64,000 bases of DNA from Verrucomicrobiota bacterium (lineage in GTDB: Bacteria > Verrucomicrobiota > Verrucomicrobiia > Chthoniobacterales > JAFAMB01), in contig JAFBAP010000156.1 in the NCBI GenBank assembly GCA_019247695.1, positions 10,298 to 74,297 of the forward strand. The letters are read 5' to 3'. Position 1 is the stretch's first letter; each line of letters starts with the position of its first letter. Under the pieces are notes generated by a model. The model had not been told where the DNA came from. It searched no databases and worked only from the letters and a program-made list of their open reading frames with translations. The position numbers and the translations under genes were made by a program. Below are positions 48,764 through 57,720 of the stretch, piece by piece.

Positions 48764-51241
48764 CTACTTCAAGGTTCCGTGCGTAACACCAAGCCGGGAC
48801 TGGACGCGGAGCTCACGCCAGAGTGCGTCACCGGCAATTTTTCCGGCCAGTAAACGGCGGTACTCACGGATCAAATCTCGCGTTTGGTCCCGGTCTTCCT
48901 CCAAACACTCAAGCCGGAACAAACGCAGGCCTGCCGCATGCAGCGAGGAGAAAAATGCAGCCCCGCTCTGCGCCTGGGCATTGAACACCGTATTCCGGCA
49001 ACCGGCATCTGCAAGCACCGGGTGCTCAGCCCCGACGCGGTCACGCACTTTAAGCCGGTGCCGGTCACACGGCCGGCCGCAATCGGTGTAATCCTTGCCC
49101 TGCGAAAGGAACGCCGCAAAGACGCAGTGCTCCATATGAAACATGGGCATGTGCTGGTGCAGGGTGAGTTCGAAGCGCTCGGCCGGCCGGTAAGAAAGCA
49201 GGGTAAGCACCTGCACCAGGTTCAGATCGTAGGAAATCGTGAGCCGATCCAATCCTTGTGCGAGCAGAAATTCGGCCGTCAGCGGATTCGCCACGTTCAA
49301 CGAAAAATCGCCGTGCAGCCTGAATCCTTTGTTCCGGAAAAACGTGATCGCCCCGAGGTTGCGCACCAGAACCCCGTGCGGCCCCGCGTTCTCAATCAAC
49401 CGGAAAAATCCGGCTTCGCCCGGCTTCTGGATCCGCGGGGTCGCCAGAAAGAGGTCGCACCTTGACCCAAATTCCCGAACCGCGTCGCGGTACCGGCGAA
49501 CATCCTCAAAATCGACGTACACGGTCGCCACCCCTTCGTTGCATGCGGACTCAACCTGTTCCCAGGTCCGGCAGAGAACACTAAGTTCCTCGGGCCCTTC
49601 CGCCGGTTGGCGCGGCCGCAGCAGGTCTGCGACGCTCCGGGGCGGGGGCTGGTCGTGCCGCGGTTGGTCCTGCAAAGCGGCGTCCTGATTGCGCACCGCT
49701 TCCGCCAATTGCGTCATGGCTTCACGGCGCAACTCATTCAACCATGAGGAAGGGGCAAACAAGTTCCCGCGCAGCTCGCTGCGTAGATCGCCGAGCCGGA
49801 ACCCGGTGCCGCCGAGGCGGCCGAGCTGGTCCCGCAACCTTTCTGCCGTCAGCGGACTGCTGCGCGCTTCGGCCAGGGTAGCGGCGGAGGATACCGTGAC
49901 CGGCGCCTGACCCGGTTTCGCATCCGCAACCCTCACCGTGAGGGTGAGCGGTTTTCCGGCCTCGCCCGTGACCAGCATGTCAACCGCCGGCTCCCCGGCC
50001 GGCTTATTGAAGTTGCGATCCGCCCCGAACGTCTGGCGCAACCGGCGATTCAAAACCGGATCATCGGTCTTCCAAACGCGGTTTCCCGGCTTGATCCGGC
50101 GGAAATCGATTTTGCCGTTGCCAAAATAAAGGCGCCGGCCGCGCACCACTTCAAACACGCGCCCGCCCTCCTCATGCTCCGTGTCTTCCGCGCCGCCGAA
50201 CACAATGCCGTCCCCCGGTTTCACATCTGCAGGGGCGGACAATTCGACGTGATCCGGTCCGACGCGCGCCACCGTGCCGAGAAACGGGCCCCGTTTTTTC
50301 CCAAAGGTGCCGTCAACCAGGCTCTGGTGGTTCACCCCGTGCAGCCATCCGCTGAACAGGCCGCGCGAAAAGGTCATCTCGAGGGCGTACCGGTCCTGCC
50401 GGGATACCCGGGCAACGGGTTGTTCGTTGCCTAATCCCTCGTACGCACGGTCGATTGCACCCCGGTAGACCTGCGTGACCGCCGCCACGTACTCCGGCGA
50501 TTTCAAACGGCCTTCGATTTTGAAGCTGGCCACCCCGAGCCGGATCAGCTCAGGCACTTCCTCGATCCCGGCGAGATCCTTCGGCGACAAGAGGTACTTT
50601 CGATCGCCCAAATCCACATTTTTTCCGTCCGCCATCAATTCGTAAGGCAGCCGGCAGGCCTGGGCGCATTCGCCGCGGTTGGCGCTGCGCTGGCCCAGCG
50701 ACTCGCTCGTGAGGCATTGGCCGGAGTAGGCCACGCAAAGCGCTCCGTGAACAAAAACTTCCATCGGTACGCCGGCCGCCCGGAACCGCTGAAGTTCGCG
50801 CAACGAAAGCTCCCGCGCAAGGACCGCACGCCGGACGCCGAGCTCCTTGGCCAGTTCAAGACCTTCCGGAGACGTGATGGTCATCTGCGTCGATGCGTGC
50901 ACCTCCAGGCCGGGCACGACCTCCTGTGCCAGGCGGGCGAGTCCCAGGTCCTGCACGATGATCGCATCCACTCCGGTCCCGGCCAGCAGCCGCAACTGCT
51001 GTTCCGCGTCGTGCAGTTCGTTTGTGAAAATCAGCGTGTTGAAGGTCACGAAACCGCGTACCCCGTGCCGGTGCAGGAACGCCATCAGTTCAGGCAGATC
51101 TTCCTCGGTAAAGTTATGCGCCCGAAGACGCGCGTTAAAACGCGTCAGGCCGAAGTAAATCGCGTCCGCCCCGTTCGCGACCGCTGCCCGGGCGCACTCC
51201 CAGTCACCGGCCGGGCTTAACAATTCAGGGCGCTGCAACAT
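48764..51241 (-). CDS. U32 peptidase-family Fe-S protein with DUF3656 (RlhA-like rRNA hydroxylation factor)
   Basis: ELLSPAG, HASTQ, HGALC-x6-C-x15-C-x3-C, KIEGRLK; about 825 aa architecture. Confidence 0.85.
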   Translation of the reverse strand: MLQRPELLSPAGDWECARAAVANGADAIYFGLTRFNARLRAHNFTEEDLPELMAFLHRHGVRGFVTFNTLIFTNELHDAEQQLRLLAGTGVDAIIVQDLGLARLAQEVVPGLEVHASTQMTITSPEGLELAKELGVRRAVLARELSLRELQRFRAAGVPMEVFVHGALCVAYSGQCLTSESLGQRSANRGECAQACRLPYELMADGKNVDLGDRKYLLSPKDLAGIEEVPELIRLGVASFKIEGRLKSPEYVAAVTQVYRGAIDRAYEGLGNEQPVARVSRQDRYALEMTFSRGLFSGWLHGVNHQSLVDGTFGKKRGPFLGTVARVGPDHVELSAPADVKPGDGIVFGGAEDTEHEEGGRVFEVVRGRRLYFGNGKIDFRRIKPGNRVWKTDDPVLNRRLRQTFGADRNFNKPAGEPAVDMLVTGEAGKPLTLTVRVADAKPGQAPVTVSSAATLAEARSSPLTAERLRDQLGRLGGTGFRLGDLRSELRGNLFAPSSWLNELRREAMTQLAEAVRNQDAALQDQPRHDQPPPRSVADLLRPRQPAEGPEELSVLCRTWEQVESACNEGVATVYVDFEDVRRYRDAVREFGSRCDLFLATPRIQKPGEAGFFRLIENAGPHGVLVRNLGAITFFRNKGFRLHGDFSLNVANPLTAEFLLAQGLDRLTISYDLNLVQVLTLLSYRPAERFELTLHQHMPMFHMEHCVFAAFLSQGKDYTDCGRPCDRHRLKVRDRVGAEHPVLADAGCRNTVFNAQAQSGAAFFSSLHAAGLRLFRLECLEEDRDQTRDLIREYRRLLAGKIAGDALWRELRVQSRLGVTHGTLK

Positions 51242-51295
51242 CCCGCCAAGTTATTCACCGCAGCCGCTAAGGCAACCCCGGCCAAGTGCCGGGTT

Positions 51296-51451
51296 CAGAA
51301 CACCCAAAGAACGCAGAAGAGAGAAAACATCCACAGATTACGCAGATTAACACAGATTAAAGCACATGGCGGGCCCAACCGCTCCGAATCCCGAACCCCG
51401 AACTCCGAACTTTACCCGCCACCCGACACTCCTCCCCATTTGTGGCATTTT
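51296..51451. repeat. Cluster of short 9-mer/7-mer repeats ending in ATTTGTGGCATTTT
   Basis: CCACAGATTACGCAGATTAACACAGATT, (CCGAAYY)x4, CACCCGACAC; homologous to 57346-57715. Confidence 0.75.
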
Positions 51452-51455
51452 ACCC

Positions 51456-52562
51456 GTGCGCACTCGCCTTACCATCACGCTCCTTTACATCATCCTGGCG
51501 CCACCCATTACCTTGCTTTGCCTGCGATTGGGCTCCTGGTGGGCCCTCCTGTTCCAATTCAGTTCACACCTGGTCCTTGTCCTGAACACCCTGATGCCTA
51601 AATGGCAGGGCTTCGGTCCGGTCTATACGCACTTCGGACCCCGGGGTGCCGAAGTCTGGATCACGATCGATGATGGACCGGACCCGACGACCACCCCGGA
51701 CATGTTGAAGGTATTAGCCAGGCATTCCGCTCGAGCCACATTTTTCTTGATCGGCGAGAAGGTGCGGGCACACCCGGAACTGGTGCACCGGATCCTGGCG
51801 GCGGGCCATCAGATCGGCAACCACACCGAAACGCACCCGCAATTCCGTTTCTGGGGGCTTGGACCGTCCGCCTTGAAGAAAGAACTTATCGGTTTTGAGG
51901 AGGCCTGCGCCACGCTCGGCCTGCCGTGTCCGGCGCTGTTCCGGGCGCCGGTGGGGATGAAAAATCCGTTCCTCCATCCGCACCTGATCGCCCGAGGGTT
52001 GGTCCCGGTGGCGTGGACCCTCCGGGCGTATGACACTCGTCATCGAAACGCCTCCTTGATCCTGCGCCGTCTCGTCGGCGGAGTCCGTCCCGGCGCCATC
52101 CTTTTGCTCCATGAGGGGGTGGGGGAAACCGTGACCGCTCTGGACCAATTGCTGGCTTGGTTGTCGGAACAGAGCTATCGCACCGTGCTTCCATCTCTGG
52201 ATCAACTTCGGACCAGGCCGGTCCCGCGGCATCAGCGGAGTGGCAGCGTCCAGGTTGATTCTTTTCGCGCCCCTCCCTTGAACCGGAACGCCGCTGGTCC
52301 AAACTCTCGTATGCAAAGCTTTTACGCGGCGCTTGCGGCCGCCCTGGAAGAGAGACTCGCCGTTATCGGCGACCAGACCCTGCGAACCCGGCAGCCGGAA
52401 CTGCAAATCGAAAAATTGCAGGCGGTATCCGCCCGGATTGATGCCCTGAAGGCGCAGCTGCCGGCGGACGCCGATCCCATGTTGAGGCACTACCTGGACC
52501 GTATGAGCCTGAGCAAGGCCCTCGAGTTCATCCGCGAGCGCCACCTTGCCTCGCGCGGGTAG
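51456..52562 (+). CDS. NodB-type polysaccharide deacetylase, in frame with a small helical protein (ATG 52311)
   Basis: TIDDGP, ATFF, GNHTETH, FRAPVG, LLHEG; N-terminal TMs; GTG 51456. Confidence 0.75.
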   Translation: MRTRLTITLLYIILAPPITLLCLRLGSWWALLFQFSSHLVLVLNTLMPKWQGFGPVYTHFGPRGAEVWITIDDGPDPTTTPDMLKVLARHSARATFFLIGEKVRAHPELVHRILAAGHQIGNHTETHPQFRFWGLGPSALKKELIGFEEACATLGLPCPALFRAPVGMKNPFLHPHLIARGLVPVAWTLRAYDTRHRNASLILRRLVGGVRPGAILLLHEGVGETVTALDQLLAWLSEQSYRTVLPSLDQLRTRPVPRHQRSGSVQVDSFRAPPLNRNAAGPNSRMQSFYAALAAALEERLAVIGDQTLRTRQPELQIEKLQAVSARIDALKAQLPADADPMLRHYLDRMSLSKALEFIRERHLASRG

Positions 52563-52577
52563 TTCCTGGCGATCCGT

Positions 52578-53450
52578 ATGCAGATTGCGGTCCTGGCTGA
52601 CATCCACGGAAATCTCCCGGCGTTGCTCGCGGTGCTGGACGACCTTGCCACCGTTGCGCCTGACCTCGTGATTGCGGCCGGCGATTTTCAAAACCGGGGC
52701 CCGCAGCCGCGTGAAGTCACGGAGCTGCTATTCTCGCGCGGATGGCCGATGTTGAGAGGTAATCACGAGGATTACGTCCTGCATCAGAGCGCCGGCATGG
52801 AGGTTCTCGATATTGCCGACCATTATAACTGGCTCCCGGCCCGCTGGACCGCGAGCGTCACCCGGTGCCGGTTGGACGCGATCCGCGCCCTGCCCATTGC
52901 CCTCGCCTTGAAGGGCCCGAACGGTGACTCGGTGGTTGTCGCCCATGGGTCGCCCCGATCCAATGCGGAAGGCTTTTTCCCGTCGACTTCGGACCGGGCC
53001 GCGCGCGAGATGTGCGGTGAGCCTCCGCCCGCCGTCCTTTGCTGCGGCCACACCCATTTCCCGCTCATCCGCCGGGTGGATTCAACCCTCGTTTTCAACG
53101 TCGGTTCGGTCGGCTTTCCTTTCGATGGTGACCAGCGTGCGGCCTACGGTGTCCTTTGTTTCCGTAACGGCAAATGGCACGCCGACCTTCGACGGGTACC
53201 GTACCCGGTTGATCAGGTGATCGGTTTCTTTCGTAAAGACGGCTTTTACGACAACGTCGGACCGCTGGGGCATATCATCCGGCGCGAACTCGAGAGCGCC
53301 CGTCCGCACCTCACCGCTTTTTACCAACTCTTCGGCCCGCTGCTCCGGGACCGGCGACTCACCATCTTTCAGGCCGTTGACGCCTACCTGGAAATGTCCC
53401 AGACGGCAATCGAGGAAGAATACCTGAAGATGCGCCGGAAACGAAGCTAA
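52578..53450 (+). CDS. Calcineurin-like metallophosphoesterase
   Basis: ADIHGN, GD, GNHE, HGSP, GHTH, NVGSVG. Confidence 0.9.
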   Translation: MQIAVLADIHGNLPALLAVLDDLATVAPDLVIAAGDFQNRGPQPREVTELLFSRGWPMLRGNHEDYVLHQSAGMEVLDIADHYNWLPARWTASVTRCRLDAIRALPIALALKGPNGDSVVVAHGSPRSNAEGFFPSTSDRAAREMCGEPPPAVLCCGHTHFPLIRRVDSTLVFNVGSVGFPFDGDQRAAYGVLCFRNGKWHADLRRVPYPVDQVIGFFRKDGFYDNVGPLGHIIRRELESARPHLTAFYQLFGPLLRDRRLTIFQAVDAYLEMSQTAIEEEYLKMRRKRS

Positions 53451-53540
53451 CCTTCGAGATGTCGGGTCAAAATCAGCCTGATTTCCCCGGCCGCATACGG
53501 TTCTGGAAATCATTTATGATGCCCCTTTAAGAAAAACTCT

Positions 53541-54311
53541 ATGGCAGAGCTTCTCGTTCTTGGGTCGGCTGCGGGCTATCCATGCCCGCGGACCGGGCAC
53601 GCCTCTTATCTTCTCACGGCCGGTGGTCACCAGGTCCTGGTGGACGCGGGCGAACCCTGCAGCCGCACGCTCGCCGAGCACAACCTTTACCCGAGTACCC
53701 TCGACGCCGTGTTCATCACCCACGGGCACGCGGATCATACCGGCGGGCTACCGATGCTGCTGCAAACCGCCATTATCCTGGAACGCGACAAACCGCTGAC
53801 GCTGGTTCTGCCGGAGGAACTGATCGAGCCCTTGCGGCACTGGCTGGAAGCAACCTACGCCGGGCCGTCCGTGTCCACGTTTCCGATGCAGTTTGTGGCT
53901 TGGGAGCAGCAACCGGTTTTCGAAGGGTTCGGTTTAACGGTCACGCCCAAACCTACCCGGCACCTCGAATACCTTCGCAAAAAGAGCACCCTTCCGCTGC
54001 ACGCTTTCAGCCTCCGCATCACCGTAGAACAAGGGGTGGATCTCGTTTTTTCCGGCGACCTTGGCGGACCCGAGGACCTGGACAGCCAGTTAACGCAGCC
54101 GGTCGAGCTTCTGGTCTGCGAACTGGCCCATTTCGAACCGGAACGGCTATTGGAATACCTGGCCCAGAAACCGCGGATCAACCGGCTCGTCCTCACTCAC
54201 ATGGCTGAGCGGCTCGCGGGTCGGGGTAGCGAATTGGTCGCGCGCGCCCGGGATCTGCTCCCGCACACGTTGACCCTTGTGGCTGAGGACGGCCTGCGCC
54301 TGGGGCTTTAG
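53541..54311 (+). CDS. MBL-fold hydrolase (RNase Z-like)
   Basis: VLGSAAG, DAGE, THGHADH, SGD, THM. Confidence 0.85.
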   Translation: MAELLVLGSAAGYPCPRTGHASYLLTAGGHQVLVDAGEPCSRTLAEHNLYPSTLDAVFITHGHADHTGGLPMLLQTAIILERDKPLTLVLPEELIEPLRHWLEATYAGPSVSTFPMQFVAWEQQPVFEGFGLTVTPKPTRHLEYLRKKSTLPLHAFSLRITVEQGVDLVFSGDLGGPEDLDSQLTQPVELLVCELAHFEPERLLEYLAQKPRINRLVLTHMAERLAGRGSELVARARDLLPHTLTLVAEDGLRLGL

Positions 54312-54499
54312 CGTTAGCGCCAGGCCGGACACCGGATCCGGGGGCCGCCCTTCGTGTACCTCCTTCCCCTGCACGCGGACGCCAGGGGGAAAATCGCCGG
54401 CTGCAAGCTGGTACACTCGCGTATTATAAAGTTGGGATAAAGCCGTGACATCCCAGGTGCGTCATCGGTTCCCACCCTTAACCGACTGAGAGCAAAACA

Positions 54500-54528
54500 T
54501 TGACATCCCTCCAGCGCCGAGGCACGCT
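54500..54528 (+). promoter_or_regulatory. Putative leaderless promoter
   Basis: Perfect TTGACA-17 bp-CACGCT, 7 nt before ATG 54536. Confidence 0.55.
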
Positions 54529-54535
54529 CGCGCCC

Positions 54536-54895
54536 ATGCCGGGGAAACCCTACCAGTCGAAGCTCAACCCGTACCTCCAGGAGATTCACCGGCTCCGCAG
54601 TCAGGCACCCCCGGTTTCGTACCAGGAAATTGCCCGTATCCTGCACGACAAACACGGTGTCGCGGTGAGCCCTAACGGGATCTTTTCCTTCGTCAAAGCC
54701 CGGTCCAGAAAGCGGGCCGTCTACACCATTTCCCCCGAGTTTATCGCCAATACGCCGGTTCCCGCCCCGCCGCGGTCCAAAGTTGAGGAACCGGAGCCGG
54801 TCCAGCGCGATGAACCGTCCGGTGGATCTTTCTTTGAAACGCCAACGTCGAAGCCCCGCCGAAAACCCAAGTACCACCTGAGCGAGGATTTCTAA
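54536..54895 (+). CDS. Small HTH-like DNA-binding protein (TraK/StbA-like position)
   Basis: KPYQSKLNPYLQEIHRLR..SYQEIARILHDKHGVAVS..IFSFVKAR helical motif. Confidence 0.6.
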   Translation: MPGKPYQSKLNPYLQEIHRLRSQAPPVSYQEIARILHDKHGVAVSPNGIFSFVKARSRKRAVYTISPEFIANTPVPAPPRSKVEEPEPVQRDEPSGGSFFETPTSKPRRKPKYHLSEDF

Positions 54896-54906
54896 GCTAA
54901 ACTTCC

Positions 54907-55785
54907 ATGAGCACCAAAAAGAAGAAACCTGAGGAAGAAAATGGAACGCCCACCCCCGGCGTACGCCACCGCATCGTGGCGCCGATTCAAGTCCGGGGCA
55001 ACATCGGCAAATCGACTGAGGCGATCGTGCGCGGCGAATGGATGCGCGCACGCGGCATCGAATGGCAAGGATTCGATCTGGACCAGGACAATCGTACTTT
55101 CAGCGACACGTTTCCTGAAGAGGTTAAACGGGTCGAACTCTCCGCTGAACCGCACTCCGATCTCATTCGCATCCTGCGCTCCGGGACCCAGGCCAGGGTG
55201 ACCACCATCGACCCGCGGGCACACCTCCAGTCGCTCATCCTGGAAACGTTGAAAATGCTGAGATTCCCGGAACTGGCCGCCGGTGAGGGATGCCGCCTGA
55301 CGGTGCTCGTGTTCCCCATCGATGAACTCAGCGATATGGACGACATCGATCGTACCGTGGCTGAGTTGGGCGGTTCGGTCGATTGGGTCATCGTTCGCAA
55401 TCCCCTCCTGCAGCGCCGGACCCGGATGTTTGACGGATCGGAGCTCGAAGCCGAACTGCTGCGGCTGGGTGCCGCTACCCTGACGTTACCCGCACTTTTG
55501 TCGGACACGCGCACTTACCTTCGCTCGAAAGAGGTCAAACTCGGCAGGGCCGTCAGCCCGGCCGAAGCGCTCAAGAACCCTGAAATCGACCTGCACATCA
55601 CCCACCGCATGGTTCTGGAAGACTGGCTCCGGAAACTGTTCCGGCAGTACGACCTTGTTGCCGGACACTTCCTGCCGAGTGAAGAAGCGGGACGAATCAC
55701 CGCTCCTGAGCCGGAGGAAGTTGCCACCGTGGCGAGCCGCCCGCAGAAGCGGGGTGCCAGGGTTAACCTCGCAAACATCGAGTAA
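54907..55785 (+). CDS. ParA/MinD-like P-loop NTPase (TraL/StbB/MobD-like)
   Basis: Deviant Walker A QVRGNIGKST; FDLDQDNRTF; TTID. Confidence 0.7.
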   Translation: MSTKKKKPEEENGTPTPGVRHRIVAPIQVRGNIGKSTEAIVRGEWMRARGIEWQGFDLDQDNRTFSDTFPEEVKRVELSAEPHSDLIRILRSGTQARVTTIDPRAHLQSLILETLKMLRFPELAAGEGCRLTVLVFPIDELSDMDDIDRTVAELGGSVDWVIVRNPLLQRRTRMFDGSELEAELLRLGAATLTLPALLSDTRTYLRSKEVKLGRAVSPAEALKNPEIDLHITHRMVLEDWLRKLFRQYDLVAGHFLPSEEAGRITAPEPEEVATVASRPQKRGARVNLANIE

Positions 55786-55854
55786 ATCCGACGATGACGC
55801 CGGTCGCTCTGCCGCGGCATCCGGCACCAAACCGGCGGTTAATCTCTCTTGCCC

Positions 55855-56583
55855 ATGGCTGATGACGTCGTTCCACCGGACTACTGGCAGGCCGTCATCG
55901 CCGCGTTGCCGCCCGAGAAGCGGGATGCGGCTTGGCGCTTCTACGCCGAGCACGGGTTGGAGGTGGCGCACGAGGCGCGCGACACCCTCTCGGGCCTTCT
56001 GCTTTTGTTGGAGGCCAACGGATTGTTTATGGAGCGGTGCGCCCAAACCTTGCAGGAAAGCAGCGCCGCCCCGGCGCGCCTGTCGGAACTGAGCACGGGT
56101 TTGGCGAGGGTTGCGGATCGGCTTGATCGGCTTGACCATAATTTTCGGACCCAGGCACTCTCCGTTCACAGCGGAAATGCGGCCTCCGGGGTTCTCCGGG
56201 ATCCCGCGGCGCCAGGTGCCGGTGGCCGGCGGCCCGCTGCGGAGGCCGTCGCAGGGCATCACCGCAAAACAGGGTGGGCAGGAAGATTCTGGGCAGCCGT
56301 ACTCGTGATCATTATAGCGCTGGGAGCCGGCGCCTCCGGCTTTTTGGGCGGACGTCTTTGGGCGAAGCAGCGGCTGCACCAGGTCCGGGACCGCTACCGG
56401 GCGGTTGCACCGCTGCTCGATGATTTGAACGCACATGGGGGCTCGGTTCGAGCCGACCGGTTCACGCGGACCAAAGGCGGTTTGCCGGACTGGATCATCG
56501 TTGTGAATCCGGGAGAACATCGCAAAGTTGTGAATCCCGCCGTCGAGAGCAACGGTACCGGGGTGATTACGATCAGCCCCTGA
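55855..56583 (+). CDS. Coiled-coil membrane protein (TraM-like)
   Basis: Helical N-terminus (AEHGLEV..DTLSGLLLL), coiled coil, TM FWAAVLVIIIALGAGASGFLG. Confidence 0.55.
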   Translation: MADDVVPPDYWQAVIAALPPEKRDAAWRFYAEHGLEVAHEARDTLSGLLLLLEANGLFMERCAQTLQESSAAPARLSELSTGLARVADRLDRLDHNFRTQALSVHSGNAASGVLRDPAAPGAGGRRPAAEAVAGHHRKTGWAGRFWAAVLVIIIALGAGASGFLGGRLWAKQRLHQVRDRYRAVAPLLDDLNAHGGSVRADRFTRTKGGLPDWIIVVNPGEHRKVVNPAVESNGTGVITISP

Positions 56584-56722
56584 GCACAGCCATAAGCCGT
56601 CATCCCTGAAAATGGCGGCCCGACGCACAACAGACCGAAGACGCCGGCAAATTCAAACAAACCACCCGTCTCGCATCAGGAATGCAGCGGCTCAGCCTTT
56701 CCCGAACCGTAGTACCTGAATC

Positions 56723-57277
56723 GTGGTTAAGGGCACGCAACGGAGGGTTGAGGTGCGTAGGTCAGACGTGGAAACGGTTACGTGCAAAACCTTCTACGAG
56801 TTGTCGGCGAACGATTCTGAGCGGGTACATTGTCTGATTGAGATTGAGCATCCGGCTGCCATTGATACGGGGCTTTGTTGGTTGCAGGCGACGGCGCGCG
56901 CCTGCGAACTCCTGCACCGGATGCCGAACGCGGGCGAGTTACGGTTGATCAGCGCGACGCAGGCACGGGCGCTCGCAAAGCCTGGGACCCGCCAGCGGCG
57001 GCCCGGATCCCGGCTGGCCGGAGACCATAAATCTGGTGGACGCAGGCCAAGAACGAAAAAGGTTGTTTCCGCCGGGAGCCAAACGCTCGAGGCCCGGCTT
57101 GCGACCGTCCTGGAATCGGCTGCAAAGGCCCGGGCCGCGAGCCGGGAGTTGCAACTGAAAAATGCGGGGATTCGTCACACCAGCCGGCGGCTTCGTCGAG
57201 CGGTGCTCGATACCTGGTACGTCTCCGAGTCGCTGCGCCACCTCCGCGCCAGGGCTTCGCACGTGGCTGCGTCCTAG
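56723..57277 (+). CDS. Hypothetical protein
   Basis: Longest ORF in the gap; no recognisable motif; start uncertain. Confidence 0.35.
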   Translation: MVKGTQRRVEVRRSDVETVTCKTFYELSANDSERVHCLIEIEHPAAIDTGLCWLQATARACELLHRMPNAGELRLISATQARALAKPGTRQRRPGSRLAGDHKSGGRRPRTKKVVSAGSQTLEARLATVLESAAKARAASRELQLKNAGIRHTSRRLRRAVLDTWYVSESLRHLRARASHVAAS

Positions 57278-57345
57278 CGACGAAGTTCAATGTTCCAGGG
57301 CGCTGATCATCGCGGCGCCGGTGGCCCGTTATGCCGCAAGACAAC

Positions 57346-57715
57346 CACGGCGGAGGCAGGAATCATCCGCAGAACACGCAGAAGGACGCAGAAAAGAGAC
57401 AAAATATCCACAGATTACGCGGATTACACAGATTCAAGGCATCCTAACCCTAACCGCGTAAGGTACGGATGCCTTTGCGTGTTCTGCGGATGATTCCTGT
57501 CTTCCCGCCGTGTTCGCCGTAACATTGGATCCAGTTATCGGACGTCTCCGAACTCCGAACGCCAAACTCCGAACTCTTCCTCTTCCCGCCGTGTTCGCCG
57601 TGGCCCGCCGTGTTCGCCATATGAACTCTTACGTCGTGCCCGCCCAACCCGCTGTGCCCGCCGTGTGACCCGACACCCGACACCCGACACTCTCCATCTC
57701 CATTTGTGGCATTTT
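57346..57715. repeat. Nested inverted and short tandem repeat cluster
   Basis: IR 57346-85 / 57472-512; CCACAGATTACGCGGATTACACAGATT; CCGAACT, GCCGTGTTC and CACCCGA units; terminal ATTTGTGGCATTTT. Confidence 0.8.
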
Positions 57716-57720
57716 CTCTT

